From assembly GCF_009914755.1 (NCBI RefSeq), contig NC_060931.1: 64,000 nucleotides of DNA. The stretch is one strand, 5' to 3'. The number at the start of each line of letters is the position of its first letter. Positions within the stretch are counted from its first letter, which is position 1. Both the position numbers and the translations under genes were made by a program. The notes beneath the pieces are model-generated. The model was not told the origin of the DNA. It searched no databases and worked only from the letters and a program-made list of their open reading frames with translations. This DNA is from the human T2T-CHM13v2.0 reference genome, Homo sapiens. Shown here piece by piece: positions 1-15,169 of the stretch.

Positions 1-300
1 ATTATCCAGGTGGGCCCTGTGTAATCTCTGGCATCCTTATAGGAGAGAGGTCAGAGTTAGAGAAGGAGGTATGAGGATGGAAGCAGCCATCAGAGTGCAG
101 AGGGGTGGGAATGTAGGCAACCTCTAAAAGCTGGAAAAGGCAAGGAAACAGGTTTTTCTCTTAGAGCCTGCAGAATAATATAGCCCTGCCACCCCATTTT
201 CAGATTTCTGATATCCAGAACTGTAAGATAACATACTTGAGTTGTTTTAAGCTGCTAAATCTGTGGTAATTTATTATAGCAGCAAGAGGAAACTAATACA
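1..300 (+). mobile_element. MLT1 (MLT1C/D-like) MaLR LTR, cut by window start
   Basis: GCTGGAAAAGGCAAGGAAACAG...CCAGAACTGTAAGATAA...GGAAACTAATACA terminus. Confidence 0.8.
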
Positions 301-554
301 GGCTTCACACTGAGGAAGATTCTCATTTGGACTATAATCTGCAAATGAAGTTATACGTAGTTAGAAATGCAGTAATATGATTGAAAAAATAAGGCACTGT
401 TCATTCAACTTTATGTCTCGTTACTAGAACCCCAGTATTGACTTTTAAAATAAATCCTTTGTCTTGTGAATTTAAAAATGTATTATAAATGTTTAAAGCA
501 TAACTTTGTTAAATGTATACCACGATTTCATAACCTGGCTTTGGCATGCCTTTA

Positions 555-2866
555 ATTTTTTAAAGTAGACTAAGTGTAGTTTTAGGTTCACAGCAAAATT
601 GAGAGAAAGGTACAAAAATTTCCAATAGCTCCCTGCCCCACACATACATAGCCTCCCACATTATTAACATCTCCCACCAGAGTGGTACATTGGTTACAAC
701 TGATGAACCTACAGTGACACATCATTATAACCCACAGTCCCTAGTTTACGTTAGAGTTCACACTTGGTGTTGTACATTCATTCTATAGGATTGATAAATT
801 TACAGTGATGTGTATCCACCATTACAGTATCATGCAGAGTAATTTCACTGCCCTAAAATCCTCTATCCTCTGTCTATTCATGCCTTCCTCTCCTCTAATC
901 CCTGCCCAATCCCTGGCATCCAATTATCTTTTTACTGCCTCCATGCTTTTGCCTTTTCCAGAACATCATATAGTTGGAACCATACAGTATTCTTTTCAGA
1001 TTGGCTTCTTTCACTTAGTAATATGCATTTAAGTTTTCTCCATATCTTTTCATGGCTTGACAGCTTCTTTCTCTTTAACACTGATTTTTTTTTTTTTTCT
1101 GGATGTACTGTGATGTATTTATTCACTCACCTACTGAAAGACATCTTGTTTGCTTCCAAGTTTTGGCAATTATGATTAAGCTGTAATAAACATCTCTGTG
1201 TAGGGTTTTTTTTTATTTTATTTTAAGTTCTGGGGTACATGTGCAGGATGTGCAGGTTTGTTACAAAGGTAAACGTATGCCATGGTGGTTTGCTGTACCT
1301 ATCAACCCTTGACCTAGGTATTAAACCCAGCATGCATTAGCTATTTTTCCTAATGTTCTCCCTCCCCACTCCCCATCTCCCTACAGGTCCCGGTGTTGTT
1401 CCCCTCCCCGTGTTCTGATTATTCAGCTCTCACTTATAAGTGAGAACATGCGGTGTTTGGTTTTCTGTTCCTCTGTGCAGGTTTTTATGTGTACAAAAAT
1501 TTTCAATTCCTTTGGGTAAATACCAAGGAGAAAGATTGCTGAATTGCACGGGCAAAAGTATGGTCAGTTTTGTAAGAAACGGCCAAACGGTCCTCCAAAA
1601 TAGGTATACCATTTTGCATTCCCACCAGCAATGAATGAGAGTTTCTGTTGCTTCACATCCTCACCAGCATTTGGTGTGTCAGTGTTCTGGATGTTGGCCA
1701 TTCTAATAGGTGTGTAGTGGTATCTCAGTGTTGATTTAATTTGTATTTATTTGATGACATATGATGTTGAGCATTGTTCATATGCGTATTTGTCATGTGT
1801 ATCATATTTGGTGAGGTGTCAGAGTCTTTGGCCCACTTTTTAGTTGGGTCATTTGTGTTTTTATTGTTCAGTTTTGAGAGTTCTTTGTTTATTTTGAAGA
1901 ACAATTTTTTATCTGATATTACTTTGGCAAATATTTTCTCTGTGGCTTGTCTTCTTATTCTCAACAGTGTCTTTTGCAGAGCAGAAATTTTTAGTGATAA
2001 TGAAGTCCAGCTTATCAATTGTTTTTCATGGATCATGCCTTTGGTGGTGCTTTTAAAAAATGATCACCTAGGTTTTCTGCTATGCTATCTATTAGGAGTT
2101 TTATAGTTTTGTGGGTTTTTTTAGGTCGGTGATTCATTTAGGTCAGTGAGTTTTGAGTTAATTTTGTAAAGGGTATAAGGTTTGTCTAGATTATTTGTTG
2201 TTTTTGCATGTAGATATGCAGTTGTTGCAGCAACATTTGTTGAAAAGACTGTCTTCGCTTCATTTTGTTGCCTTTGCTCCTTTGTCAAAGATCAGTTGAC
2301 TGTATTTATTTGAGTCTAATTCTGGTTTCTTTATAATGTTCCATTGATTCATTTGTACATCCTTTAGTCAATACCACACTGTCCTGATTACTGTAGCTTT
2401 TTATATGTCTTGAGATCCAGTAGTGTCTGTCTTCCAACTTTGTTCTTCTTCAATATCGTGTTGGCTATTCTGGGTCTCTTGCCTCTCCATATAAACTTAA
2501 AAATCAGTTTGTCAATGTCCACAAAATAACTTGCTGGTATTTTGATTGGGATTGCATTGAATTTATAGATTAATTTTGGAAGAACTGACATCTTGACAAC
2601 ATTGAGTCTTTCTACCCACAAACATGGAACATCTTTACTTAGTTCTTTTGTGATATCTTTCATCAGTTTTGTACTTTTTCTCATATGGATCTTGTACATG
2701 TTGTCTTAAATGTACACCTAAGGATTTCATGGGGGGGTTAATGTAAATAATACTGTGTTTTTAATTTCAAATTCCACTTGTTCATTACTGGTATATAGAA
2801 AATGACTGACTTTTTTGTATTAACCTTGGATCCTACAGCACTGCTATAATCACTTATTAGTTCCTG
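555..2866 (-). mobile_element. L1MC1/2-like LINE, 3' part (ORF2 remnant and 3' UTR)
   Basis: Diagnostic L1MC 3' end at 580-780; ORF 2388..2699 is L1 ORF2-like ([13 protein letters not shown]...KFIW). Confidence 0.85.
1206..1470 (-). mobile_element. Truncated L1PA (about PA10-12) 3' end nested in the L1MC
   Basis: GTACATGTGCAGGATGTGCAGGTTTGTTAC...GAGAACATGCGGTGTTTGG; TSD-like CTCTGTG(T/C)AGG on both sides. Confidence 0.85.
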
Positions 2867-5800
2867 CCGTTGTCTTTACTTTTTAGTATGCACAGAAGTG
2901 CACAATAAATGGAAGTGGTTCTCATCTTTATATCTGAAATACCCAAAACTTACTTTTTTGTTTGTTTGTTTGTCTTTACATGTTAGTATACCTCTCTGGA
3001 ATACTTGTCTTAGAGATTTCTTTTATTAGAAAATTTTAGTTTCCAGTGGGTTAATTTTTTTAGTATTAACTCAAATATAATTAGCACTACCAGTCATACC
3101 CCTCCTCCCCAGCTACACTTATTGTTTTAGTACCCTTTCTTGAGATTAGTTGGGGTGTTTCTCATCAGTACTAATGAACAGCTTAACGGTTCATCCTTTA
3201 ACTCCACTGAAATCAGAGCCAGAAGAAATAAATTAACATTCTACCATGGGCCATCCCCATAATTTCTGGCAGCCTATGAATTCTAATTTCTGTTTTGCTA
3301 TTGTGTATCTTATGTAAATGGTACAGTCTATTAACCTCTGACCTTTAACTCATTTTTATACATAAGAAAGGTGACACTCAGAATTGAGGTCTCTCTGCAG
3401 ATAATGCAGACTAAACAATACCACGTGACAACATTATTATTATCTTTTATTTTCATAATATTTCTTGCAAAGTTATTGTCAGTTGTCTCTACCATCCACT
3501 CTGCTTTTCCTGTATAGCTGAAAAGGGAAGCAATGGTGAATATTTAGCCTTAGGACTGAATTAATGATACTAAAGTTTAACTTTTCATAAGAAGCACCTG
3601 GAACAATTGTTTCTATGTAGTATTTTTATATATTTTATACAATATAATTTATATAGTATATATTATATAATAATCTTAGAAAATATATTCCTGGCATCTA
3701 CTGACAGAAATTTTGATTAAATGCCTCCAGAGTAGAACCAGGAATCTGAGTTTTGATACACCTCCATAGATTCCAGTGTAGTTATCAGCCAGACTGAAAT
3801 AAACACTGAATTTAAAAGAACTATACCCCAACTCACTTTATGTTCAATACATTTAATTTCAGTACCCAAAGCAAAATGCATGTAATATATTAAAATACCA
3901 TATAAAAATTGCATAAGAAATTTATTTTAAAATTGCATAAGAAATTCATTAAACTGTTTCATTTTCTTGTTAATTTGTAAGAAGGGAAACACAAGGGAAG
4001 AATATTTAAGTACCAGAACAGAATGATGGAAGAGAAACAGAAAACCAGATCATCCCCTGGTATTTCTACAGACCTGTCATTCTGTGTGTGTGTGTGCACT
4101 TAGAATTCATTTTGCCTTGTAAAAGCTGTCATTTAAACACAGTGTCACCTCTGAGAACCATCAAAGGCAGTATCCTTGACCACAGCTTAAATAGAATAGG
4201 AATTGTTGCCTGAAACTGCTCTGAGCACAGAACTAATGCATGCAGTTCAACTGAGGATGCCACATTACTCCAGAAACCAAAAGAGGGTAATGACCCCTTG
4301 CACAAGGGACAATGTAACAGAGATAATATCTTTGAAAGTTTTGTTTAGGAAACAAATCACTAATCTAGAGATGGTGGTGGCCAGCCTTAATAATCTGTGG
4401 AAGGGAGGAACATATGGAATCATTAAAGAAAAGCAACAGCTAGAAAAGGTAGATTTGTCATTTCTGCAAGAAACATATTGACAACAGCTGTTTATATGCA
4501 TTTTAACCTTGACTCATTGCTAAAAGAAGATTTAAAGAAGAAAAAATTTGGCTTTAAGATGAAAATGGTCCAAAGGAATTCAAAGTCATATCTTTTATCT
4601 GAGGGATAAGAAAAAGAGAATGCGGACGTTGTTCCTTGTGACCACAGCCACCACCCCCATCAACTTGCCAAGCACAGAGTAAATACAGGAAGTGAGCTGT
4701 CCAATAGTCTGAATTTCAGACATCATTGCCTTATAGTGCCTTACCCATGAGGGCACCACATCTTTATCTTAAGCAAATTGAAAGGGACTATGGTAGGGTA
4801 GAAGCACAAGGGGTAACATGGAGAAGGGAGAGAGAAGACTGCAACAGTCTTTTCATATAATAATATAGTCTCTTCAGTGATGTCCAAAGGATGTAAGGAT
4901 ATAAACAAGCTTTTGATTTTTGCAAAAAGAATGTTTCATTGCTCTCCAGCATGGGACACTCACTGGGATAGACCCTCCCTCCTCCCCCACGAAAAAGAAG
5001 AAGAAAAAAAGAATATACAGAGTTTGGGAAGATGCTGTATCATCTACGTAGGAGAGCAATAAACTGTACTGTTTTGGACAATAAGTACTTAGTGGTGACA
5101 AAAGGACAATATTTTATGTAGAAGTAACTTGCAGCAGACAGTTAAGAGGAATAAATGAGGACACTGTGTTGTCTTTACTGTACGTGAATAGAAATAAGTT
5201 AAATAGAAATTAAGTACTTTCCTTTGTGACCATTGCTACCACTAATTGGCTTAAGACATAAATGAAAGAATAAATGAATAATTGAACGTTAAACTTACCA
5301 TTGAATATAAACTTAAATCAATAAAGAACTATTTACATTTACTCTTCAGAAAAATTAGAGTGCTTGAAACTATTCACAAAATAAAAAGTTTGTTTTGTTT
5401 TTAAGTTTGTAAAGACTCTCTCACTCCAACTTCTTATGTCTTTTCACCTCTCCTACCACTTATCCTTGAAAGAATTCAAGATCTTGACAAGTGATTAAAA
5501 AGAAAATCAGAAACTTCCCCCTTTGTCAAATCTTCCTTAGTAATTATTCTCTCTTAACTTCATAAAAATATATGGTTATTAACTGCTATAGTACAATAAC
5601 AAAAATATACATGAAACTAACCAACACTGGTCTTGGGCAAGTTATCAAATTTCATTATGCTTGTCTTGGTTCTCCTGGCCTCTTGCCTTTCTATAGTCTT
5701 TTTATTTTTCCTCACTACCTCCTGAATTGGGTATCTCACTATCAGCTCTGCTGAACCGGAATTCACTTGTGTCTTTCATCTACGAACTTAATCCTGCTAG

Positions 5801-6368
5801 TCCTGACCAGGACAGGCAGCTTCACTTTGTGAATGGGCCGAATCTTGCATTTGTCTCATTGCCTAGAAAACTGTCTTACTATTCATGGGGTGTACCCACC
5901 ACTTGCAACCTTTTTCCCAAACTTAACCTCATTGACCCGGGTCTTATAACTGGCTCCTTCTTGGGATTTCACATCTCTTTAGCATGAAGTAAAACACAAC
6001 CCCGGTTTGACTGACTAGGCTTGAGTCATCAGAGGGCTGACTTCTGATTAATTGGCCGAAGAACTGCTATGAAAGGATTAATCACATACAAACAGGTTGT
6101 CACCCCTTGACTGGCTTTAATTGTTATTCTTGTGACTTCTGATGCCTGGGTCTCCCTGGGATGCTCTACAGCCTGGCCTTGGCTTACTTCCCATCCCCAC
6201 CAGCCAGTGCTGCTAAGATCTGAGCTTGCTCATGTTATGACCCTAAGGCCCTCCTGTCCCTACTTAATCTGGCTGTCAAGAAAAATCTAATCTTTTCATT
6301 TATCTTCAAGAATAAGTAGTTATAGTTGTTTGAGACGTCTCCACTTTAGTAAATATCAGAACCATAAT

Positions 6369-6738
6369 TGCTATGATTTGAATATGTTCCTTAAAGTTGA
6401 TGTGTTGAAAACTTAATTGCCATTGCAGCAGTATTAAAAGGTTAGGCCTTTAAAAGTTCATTAGGTAATGAAGGCTTTGCCCTCATGAATGAATTAATGC
6501 CATCATCATGAGAGTGGGCTCCTGATAAAATAATGAAAATTTGGCCCCCATTCCTTTTCTGTCTTACGTGCTTACTTCTGCCTTTTGCCCTGCTGCTATG
6601 CAGTAACAATCAACCAGATGCTGTTACTGTGTTCTTGGACTTCCTAGCCTCCAGAACTGTGAGCCATATAAACTTCTATTCTTTATAAATTACCAAACCT
6701 GTACTACTCTGTTATAACAGCAGAAATGCACTAAGACT
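6369..6738 (+). mobile_element. MST (MSTC/D-like) solo LTR
   Basis: TGCTATGATTTGAAT start, GCCTCCAGAACTGTGAG core, 5-bp TSD ATAAT. Confidence 0.8.
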
Positions 6739-6954
6739 ATAATCTAAAGGCTTGATATTCTAACCCTGGAAATTTCCAAGGCCTGGGAATAATGGCAAGA
6801 AGTCAAGAAATATACCTTACACATGAGCCAGTGAAAGACTCATCTTGAAAATAACTCATACCTTATATTTGAGGGGATGATCAAGGGTAAATATGCTCTG
6901 TAACTGATAAATCAGTTAAGTTGTGGAGAATAAAAACTATAACATTTACAACTT

Positions 6955-7472
6955 TTTTCAATTGTCTATTGCTGTATAAAAAACCGTTTCAAAACTTAGC
7001 AGCTTAAAACAACACCATCTTATTGCTCACAGTTTTATGGATCCAGATTTTAAGCAGCACTAAAGGAAGCAGCTCATCTCTCTTTCACATGGGGTTGGCT
7101 AAGGTAGTTCAAATGAAGCTAAAGGAGGATCCAAAATGGACTTCTTTATAGGTTGGGGTCCTTGGTGTTGGATATTGCCTGGGGCACCTTAGTTCTCTTC
7201 CACATGGTATTTTTCTCCAGCAGGATAGCCTGATCTTCTTTATATAGTGAATGGTTTCTTTAAAAAACAAACAAACAGATTCTGCCAACGCCTCTTAAAT
7301 TTCATGCCCCAAACTAGCACAGTGTCAAATCTGTGTCATTCTGTTGGTCAAAGGAAGTCACAAGTCCAGACAGAATTCAAGAAGAGGGAAAGTAGCTGCA
7401 CATCATGATGAAAGGAATTTTTACAGAAAATGAAGGAATTATTAATGGCCATCTTTGCAGACAATCTTCAAC
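6955..7472 (-). mobile_element. Old MLT1 (G/H-like) LTR
   Basis: CAAAACTTAGCAGCTTAAAACAAC and CATTCTGTTGGTCAAAG..AGTCAC motifs. Confidence 0.65.
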
Positions 7473-7478
7473 AGGCAT

Positions 7479-7966
7479 TGAGGTGGTTAATTTTATGTGT
7501 CAACTTCACTAAGCACAGGATGCTCAGATAGCTGGGTAAGCATTATTTCTGGGTGTGTCTGTGAGGGTGTTTCCAGAAGAGATTAGCATTTGAATTTGTA
7601 AGCTGAGTAAAGCAGATAGTCCTCTCCAATATCGTGGGCATCATCTAATGTGTGGAGGGCTTGAATAGAACAAAAAAGTGGAAGAAGGTTGAATTGCCTC
7701 TCTGTTTGACAGCTTAAGTTTTACATTAATCTTCTCCTAACATAGGTCCTCCTGATTCTCAGGCCTTCAGACACAGACTGGAATCTAAAGCATTGGCTCT
7801 CGGGCTATCCACCCTTCAGACTACAGGACCAGCTTTCCTGGGTCTCCAGTTTGCAATCAACCTACCCTGGGACTTTTCAGCCTCCATAATTGCCTGAGCC
7901 AATACTTTATAATAAATATATATCTTCTTATTGGTGCAGTTTCTCTAGAGAACCCTGACTAACATA
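7479..7966 (+). mobile_element. MLT2 (MLT2B-like) ERVL solo LTR
   Basis: GGTTAATTTTATGTGTCAACTT start, CTAGAGAACCCTGACTAA end, TSD GGCAT/GGCAC. Confidence 0.85.
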
Positions 7967-8602
7967 GGCACCAAACATCCATTTTAATAATCCACTTGTC
8001 TTTAGATCACAGCAATATCTACTCAAGAGGTACAGACTCCATTGATTTCTGGCCACAGGAGGGCAGAAGAGTCAATAGGTTATTATTTGGCCTTCCAGGA
8101 GAGGGAGATGTCAAAGAAATTCAGAGTGATCTGTATGGCTGTATCTGCTCTTTGGGATCATTTATTTCTACAGGCTGTTCACTTTTAAGGTACCAATAGC
8201 TGTCAAAAACCCTCCTTTGCCATCATAAAATCCCAAAACTAGGGTTGAAATATTGGCAAAGAGAGTATATGTTTAAGAAATTGTTTCTGATACGGATGAC
8301 CCTGCTTTTATATATCCCAAGTGATATACAAAGAACTGATTTTCAAGATGTGACAACATTTAGGTCTCACTTATAAGTGAAGCTCTCCTTAGGACCATAC
8401 TGTATGGATTAACACTTTATTATTAGAAGGAGAAATGGTAGCAGTGAGAAATTCTTCATATTTGTAATTTTTTCCATTTTTAATTTCAACCACACATATT
8501 AAATGTAACTTTAATCAGAGTTAAAACCATGTCACATGATGATCTTAATTTACAAGTCAACAAAACTACAAATATGAAGAAATATTTGCAATAACAGATT
8601 AA

Positions 8603-8936
<334 letters not shown>

Positions 8937-11900
8937 CAATGAACAATAGAAGGTGATTTTTATTACCTCAAAGCTGAAAGTTATAAGCTCTGAGTATTAT
9001 AATTTTTTGTGGCCATCTACTTTAAGAGAGAGAAATGTCTACAAAATGATATGAGCTTTTTTTCCTCTACCTACAGTTGTATACTGAGCAAAGCAGGAAT
9101 TTCTGAACATTAAAACTACGCTATGTTGGAAAGGGAGCCAAAAAGCTCGATATCTACTAGAGATGTACAAACTTTCTTTAACAGAAGTCACCTGCTTATC
9201 AGTTTTTGATAAATAACCCACTGGCAGTAACAATAGGAGAAAAACAATGTATTTTGCCTAATGTTCTATCATGTGGACATGGTGTCCCACTTCAACGACT
9301 TGTTTATCTGAGTTAGACCTCTCATTTGAAATCATGGGTGCCATATTTGAACTGTTAATTGCTTCTTCATATCTTGGGACTGGAACTGGATTAAGAGTCC
9401 TATCTTATAGGAGACTTCTCCCTGCTTACAAATCCTCTGAAGAGCATAAGTAAATGTGTCGGCCAGAAATAATGGAAGAAACCATCAACAAATGGGGGGA
9501 AATCAGATAGAGTCATGGTGTCACTTTCACTTTTGCCATTGCCTGCTGTATTCCAGCTTCTGATTCCACTGCAAATGGAAGCAAAGAAAGCTCATATAGT
9601 AATAACAGCAACTAAGGCAACAGTAGTTTTACGTTGATAAGCTAGAGATTTTGAAAGTAAGAGGCTGGCACATAAACTAGATTAGTAGTTCTCAGCTAGG
9701 CTACACATCAGAATCATCTGTGGGGTTTTTACAGCTGCAGATGCTAAATCAGAATCCAAGACAGGAAAGTGAAAGTGCTTATTCCAATGAAGACCTTTGT
9801 TGATAGTCACCATACTAGATTATCTACAAAGCTGGAAAACCTGGTCTAATTTAACAATTTCTAATTGATGAAGGTGAACAGAGTGTGGTATAATGAACTG
9901 AGTACTGAATCAGGGAATAGGTCTAATTTTACTCTGTGAACAGACTTGTTGAATAATTTTAGCTTATTACATGTATCACATTTTAGGCACAGTATTATAT
10001 GTGTACATCAATAATTCTTTCAGTTCACAATGCTTTGTGATACAAAGGTTATTCTTGCTCCTTTTTTACAGATGTGAAACCTGAAATTAGTGATTTGCCA
10101 AAGGAAATGATGAGCTGTGATCCCAGGTCTGTCTAACCTATACTTGTCTCCAAACGGTAGGACAGTGTTTCCGTTCTCTCCATAGTGAGATTCAGCCTCT
10201 TTAATGCCTCTTTTAGCAAAATATTACAATGAACTCTTCTCCAATGAACAGTGAGCAATGTCTCCTTGAGCAAACTTTCTTGGATGAATTGAGATGAGGC
10301 AACTGAAGAAGGCATTGAAAACTATAATATTCCTTAGAAATTAAGATTTCTTCTCATCTTGAATAATGGCTCTTACATCATCCTAAAGTATAAAATACTT
10401 TTTTTCTGAAAATACTTGTTTCTTCATTTTATTACCTTACTTCAACATTTTCCATTATTACAAAATGTTTATTTCAAAAATTGTCTCAAAAATTTTCCGA
10501 CATAAGCCACCACAATTTTTCCTCAGTAGAAGTGTAATATAAATAAATTGAAATCAAGTTTTCTCTTCATTATAAAAATATTCCCCAAAATTGCATGGTA
10601 ACTCAATTTTTAATCAAATTTGTTGTTGAATTTTGGAAAAGCTTTTTTAAAGTCTTAAAGTTCAATTAGTTTTTCAAAGAGCCCTAGTATAGCACAAAAA
10701 CATCATTACTCTTATAAAAACTATATTTTTATTTCCCTAGTAATTTGCCCTGGCAGACTCGGGGGTCAAGGACCTGGTGTTGCAAAATTCCAGTAGTTAC
10801 CATGTCCAGAAGATATACTGTAAATTGTGCTTCCAGAAGTTGGGTCATACAATGGTACAAATGGAAACTTTGATTTATTATTTTGTTGCTTCTTGTTAAC
10901 TAATTTTAGAAGACTGAGAGTGGGGGTGTCCATGCTTTAGATCCTTCAAAGAAGGGATTAATGAAAATTTGTTGTTGCTTTTTGGTAAAAACTACTCATT
11001 GAGCTAACAGCTAAAAAACTGAATTTCAATATTACCATAAATTTGAAGACAAAATGTTTCCTTGTGGAGGAGGAGTTTGGGCAAAGTATAAATAAGTAAT
11101 TAAAATTGTGCTCAACTAAAGAGTTTATTGTGGAGGGAAAAGTGATCTCGTGTTCATAAGTGGAAATTAAATGTTTTTATAGAGTGGTGCAGTTATTGCG
11201 ACAGTGCAAATTATATTAATAGCTAATAGAGAATTCAAATAAAATGTTTCTAAATTATAAAGGCCTACCCCTTTTAATTGAGTTTTGTGTGATTGTCACA
11301 TGAATGAAATAAAATCTAAGTGTTTCTCATTTTTTCTGCTGGAGCAGACATTCATTTGTTCAAAATGTTCTCACTTTTATCATTGGCATTCAAGCTTTTT
11401 GATGGTCAGGTTGTCCAAAAAGCTGAAAAGTGTAACCCAGAAACAGACTGGTAGGAGTGACTATGAAAACTTGCATCTCACTAGTGTTTAATAGAGACAT
11501 TCATAATTGGAATCTGAAGATCAGATTTTTCTAGATTGCTGATTATCCACCCAAAGCTTAACAGACACCCAGAACTTGTTGCAAGTATACCTACTCACAT
11601 TGACTGTCTTTCTTTTAATATTTGTTTAAAATTTATTGCCTATTATAACAGTGATCTCCAAAGAAAGATATGTATGCTTTCAAGTATATGCAAGATAATC
11701 CATTAGGCTACAGGAAGTAAGGAGTAAAGCTTCTATTTATATGTGCTTTGCATTTCATCCCTTTTAAACTTTTAAATTTTTTGAGTTTTGTTATGTATTT
11801 ACCATTAGTGTTAAATACGTGTAGCACACACAGTAGCACATGCACACTACTTAAACTTTTTTAAAAATATACTGCTAGTACAGAGTCAAAATTTTCAGTA

Positions 11901-14497
11901 ATGGAGATGCATGTCCAACAAAGTTTATAGCTAATATCCTATAGTTCTGTGCTCATTTTAGCTCTTAAGTAATGACTGAATCTTCCTGAACTCAGGCTAT
12001 CTTTATGGTATTAGGTCAGTGAGGAGATCCCTCTGAGCTTTTGTTTCCTCATTACATACATTATATAAGATGTAGTGATGATTTATCATTCTTCTAAGAA
12101 GAGTTTTGTAAGAGATAAAGTGTGACTCAAATATGTATGGACACCTTGAGAGCAGAAAATAACTGAGTTTTGCATCACTTTCACAGTAGCCACCAAATAG
12201 ATGTTTAATAAATATATGAATAGAGGAAAGAATGAGGGTCTATCTGTCATTAACATTCTTATGGGAAAGAGCAGGATGTGGTTATAAATGTAAATGATTA
12301 TAAGTAGAACAAAGTAAGTCTTGTTTCATCCCTGGTGCTGTGATTTTTGAAAAACGTCATTCATTTTTGCCAAGCTCAGTTTCTTACTTAAATTGGGCAT
12401 CATAATATTATTTTAATGTCCTACCTACACGACAGGGTTATTTTCAAAATAAAATGTATGTGAAAATCTGTCATGACCTCTAAAGAAAATGTAATGCTAA
12501 CATTGGTTATTGTTTCTTATAGTTATATCATCTTCTCCTGCTGAATTGCACTTGATTGGAAGGGAGGGTCCCTCACTACCTTGAGCTTTTATTACATTCC
12601 CCTCAGTGTCTAATTGAGCTTTATATAGAATGAGATCTTTAAAAAAAAAAAAAAAAAGCTTATTAAGGAGTGGTGGGCACCTTCTGTTTTCAAAGCTGCC
12701 CTTCCTTTTCAGCAAAAGGTAGTAGTGTTTGAGGGGTTCCAACAAGTATCAACTTGTGTAGCCCTAAGCACTTTTTATCAATAAAAAGGCAAAGCATGAA
12801 CTAGAGAGGATGCTTGATTTATACCTGTCTAGGCAATCAACCTGCCACCCACAGAAGTGTTGGAAATTTGGCAGTTAATCAGCAAGGCACTTTTTGTGCT
12901 TTATTCTTTACTGTTGATCCTTTGTTTGTTCCATAATGGTGTCCTTAGTCATTTTGTCCCATAATAAAAGCTCTGTGGAACTTTGTCCATACTCTACAGC
13001 ATCTTCAGTGACAGAAGAGCGCCTACCAAATGCTTAGTGAATGCAGGAATTAACCCATTAAAAGTAAGGATATGTGTACTCATTCAAAAACTTGAGGGAT
13101 TTACCCAACCCTTCTTTTAATTTAATTCAGTAAAAGTTTTCCCCAATTTCCTTCTTTTTCTGGAAAAAGAGTGAAAAAACTAGAGTTTGTGTTAAATTAT
13201 TTTCCAAAGTTTTAAGCTTCTTCTTTATTCAGATTACATTGCAGTTTCTCTTCTGTGTCTGTATGTATGCACATTTGTTTTAAATGTATATAATAATAGA
13301 CATCCTTTTGATTAAATCTCAGTCTTATTTATGTTCCTATTTTTCTGAGGACTGTAATTTTAGTTTGAGGAAAATAAAAAAAAATTACTGTGTGTTTGAG
13401 CATAAATACATCCATTCTCAAAGATGTGCCTTTCTTTGGACTAATTAGGCTTTTTTCCCAAATATATAACCCAAGAAAGTGTTTTACAAACAAACTAGAG
13501 AGGTTATAGAATGAATTTTAAAATTTAACCATTCAAGGTACCATTATATTTACTTTCAGAAATTGTGAATTTGAAGATTTGAAAATAATCACATTTCATG
13601 CACTATTTAAATTTGCTTTGCCTAAGACTCAAATTTTATGTGCATTTTTTTTCTCATTCTCCTAAATAGCACTTTTCTGAAGCAATTGATGATTATCTCC
13701 ACAAGTCTTATAGGGTAAGAATACTGAGATGTCAGAGTTATATCCAGTTGCTCAATTGACCAAATAAGTTCCTTTTGCTTTTCTCACCCTGCCTGTCTCC
13801 TGGGGTTCACTTACAGAGGGGTCAATTGTCCAAAAGGCAAGGCGTAAGACATGGGGAGAGACAAAGACCTAGCTAAAGAGAACTAGGAAATTAGATCCCC
13901 GATAGTCAAGAGTTGATATAAAAAAGCTCTTTTCACAAAGAACTTCCCATTATTGTCTCCTTGACAGACTGGAGAGTTCAATTTGTCAAGATCTGTTGAG
14001 TTGCATGCAGTTGATGTAACCTGACAGCTAGCAACATGTAGGGGTCTGGTGACCAAGCCAAGACATTCAGAAGCACAGACTAAGTAGAGATGACTCTTTT
14101 TCTAATCAACTGGAATTATATTTTTCAGAGGTTTCTCAGTCTGTTGCACATTAACAGCATGTGTTAAGCACATTTTGTGGTTTATAAAATTGTAATTATA
14201 GAAATGAATTCTTTTGGTCACAAATTAATTACAGGAAAAAGTAATGATGAAGGCTTAACTATTGATTCATTACATCTCTTAAGACTTCCGGGATATTTCA
14301 CAGGCAGATTGATGTAGTTCAACCTCTTTTTGGATGGACAGCTAACTTGGGTTTAAGTAGAACTTAATTTAGATTCAATCTGTAAATATTCACTTATTAC
14401 AACAATGCAGTGAGAATCTTTTTTTTAAAGCAGCACATTCTACTGTCATTATTAAATATATGCATAATATTCCCCAGAGGCTTAAGAGTATAGTCAG

Positions 14498-14502
14498 ACA
14501 CA

Positions 14503-14549
<47 letters not shown>
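14498..14549. repeat. (AC)n microsatellite, 22 perfect units at 14506-14549
   Basis: Read directly. Confidence 0.98.
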
Positions 14550-14551
<2 letters not shown>

Positions 14552-15169
14552 TCAACATTCTAAAAAAATAAAATAAAATAAGATTCATGCAATATTTGAA
14601 TCTCAGCTACCAAAATTTAATTAATAAAATAAATTGAATGAAGCCAAAGTACCAGATTTCTAGATGTTCTTAATGTCACTTATCTCCATTATAAATCTTC
14701 AAATACTATTAGTACTTCCTTTGGGACAGAGTGGATGAAAAGGGAGAACAGATTGCTAGTAGAGTCAGGTGGTGCAACCATAAGCATGGTGGGCAGCATA
14801 ATTACAGTTCTTAAAGAAAGTATATACAAGGAGCACTGCATAACTGTTACTGGAAAATCACATTGATCAACTGACCAGTCTACAACATCCTCCACTATAG
14901 ATGGGGCACCTCCTTGGACAAATATCCTCAGTAAACAGAAGACAAATATCAGTTTTGAATCACCAAGGGTTCTACATATATTGACTTTGATTGCCAAACA
15001 AGGAATTATTTCCTTGTTTGTATTTTCCCCATTGTAAATACTTGAATAATATTTGCTACACTCTCTATTTCCTTCATTGCACTCATTACCATTTATTTAT
15101 GTTCTTATTTGCTTATTTGTCTCCTACTCTAAGTGGTAAGATTGTCATTTTTCTTGGGGAGGGAGATAC

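Noticed and set aside
3905-3950. 24-bp-period tandem duplication containing two TTGCATAA (C/EBP-like) motifs
   Set aside because: Ordinary slippage duplication in AT-rich DNA, like those at 24941-24962, 36784-36816 and 58669-58703; no evidence of function.
4140-6290. Possible ancient ERV/Gypsy internal or LTR remnant (RWWWPAL-like frame near 4370; AP-1 motif TGAGTCA at ~6022)
   Set aside because: Similarity too weak to support by eye; needs a Dfam or tBLASTn search.
14689-14997. 102-aa minus-strand ORF in apparently unique DNA
   Set aside because: Non-ATG start, no recognisable homology or splice support; length compatible with chance.
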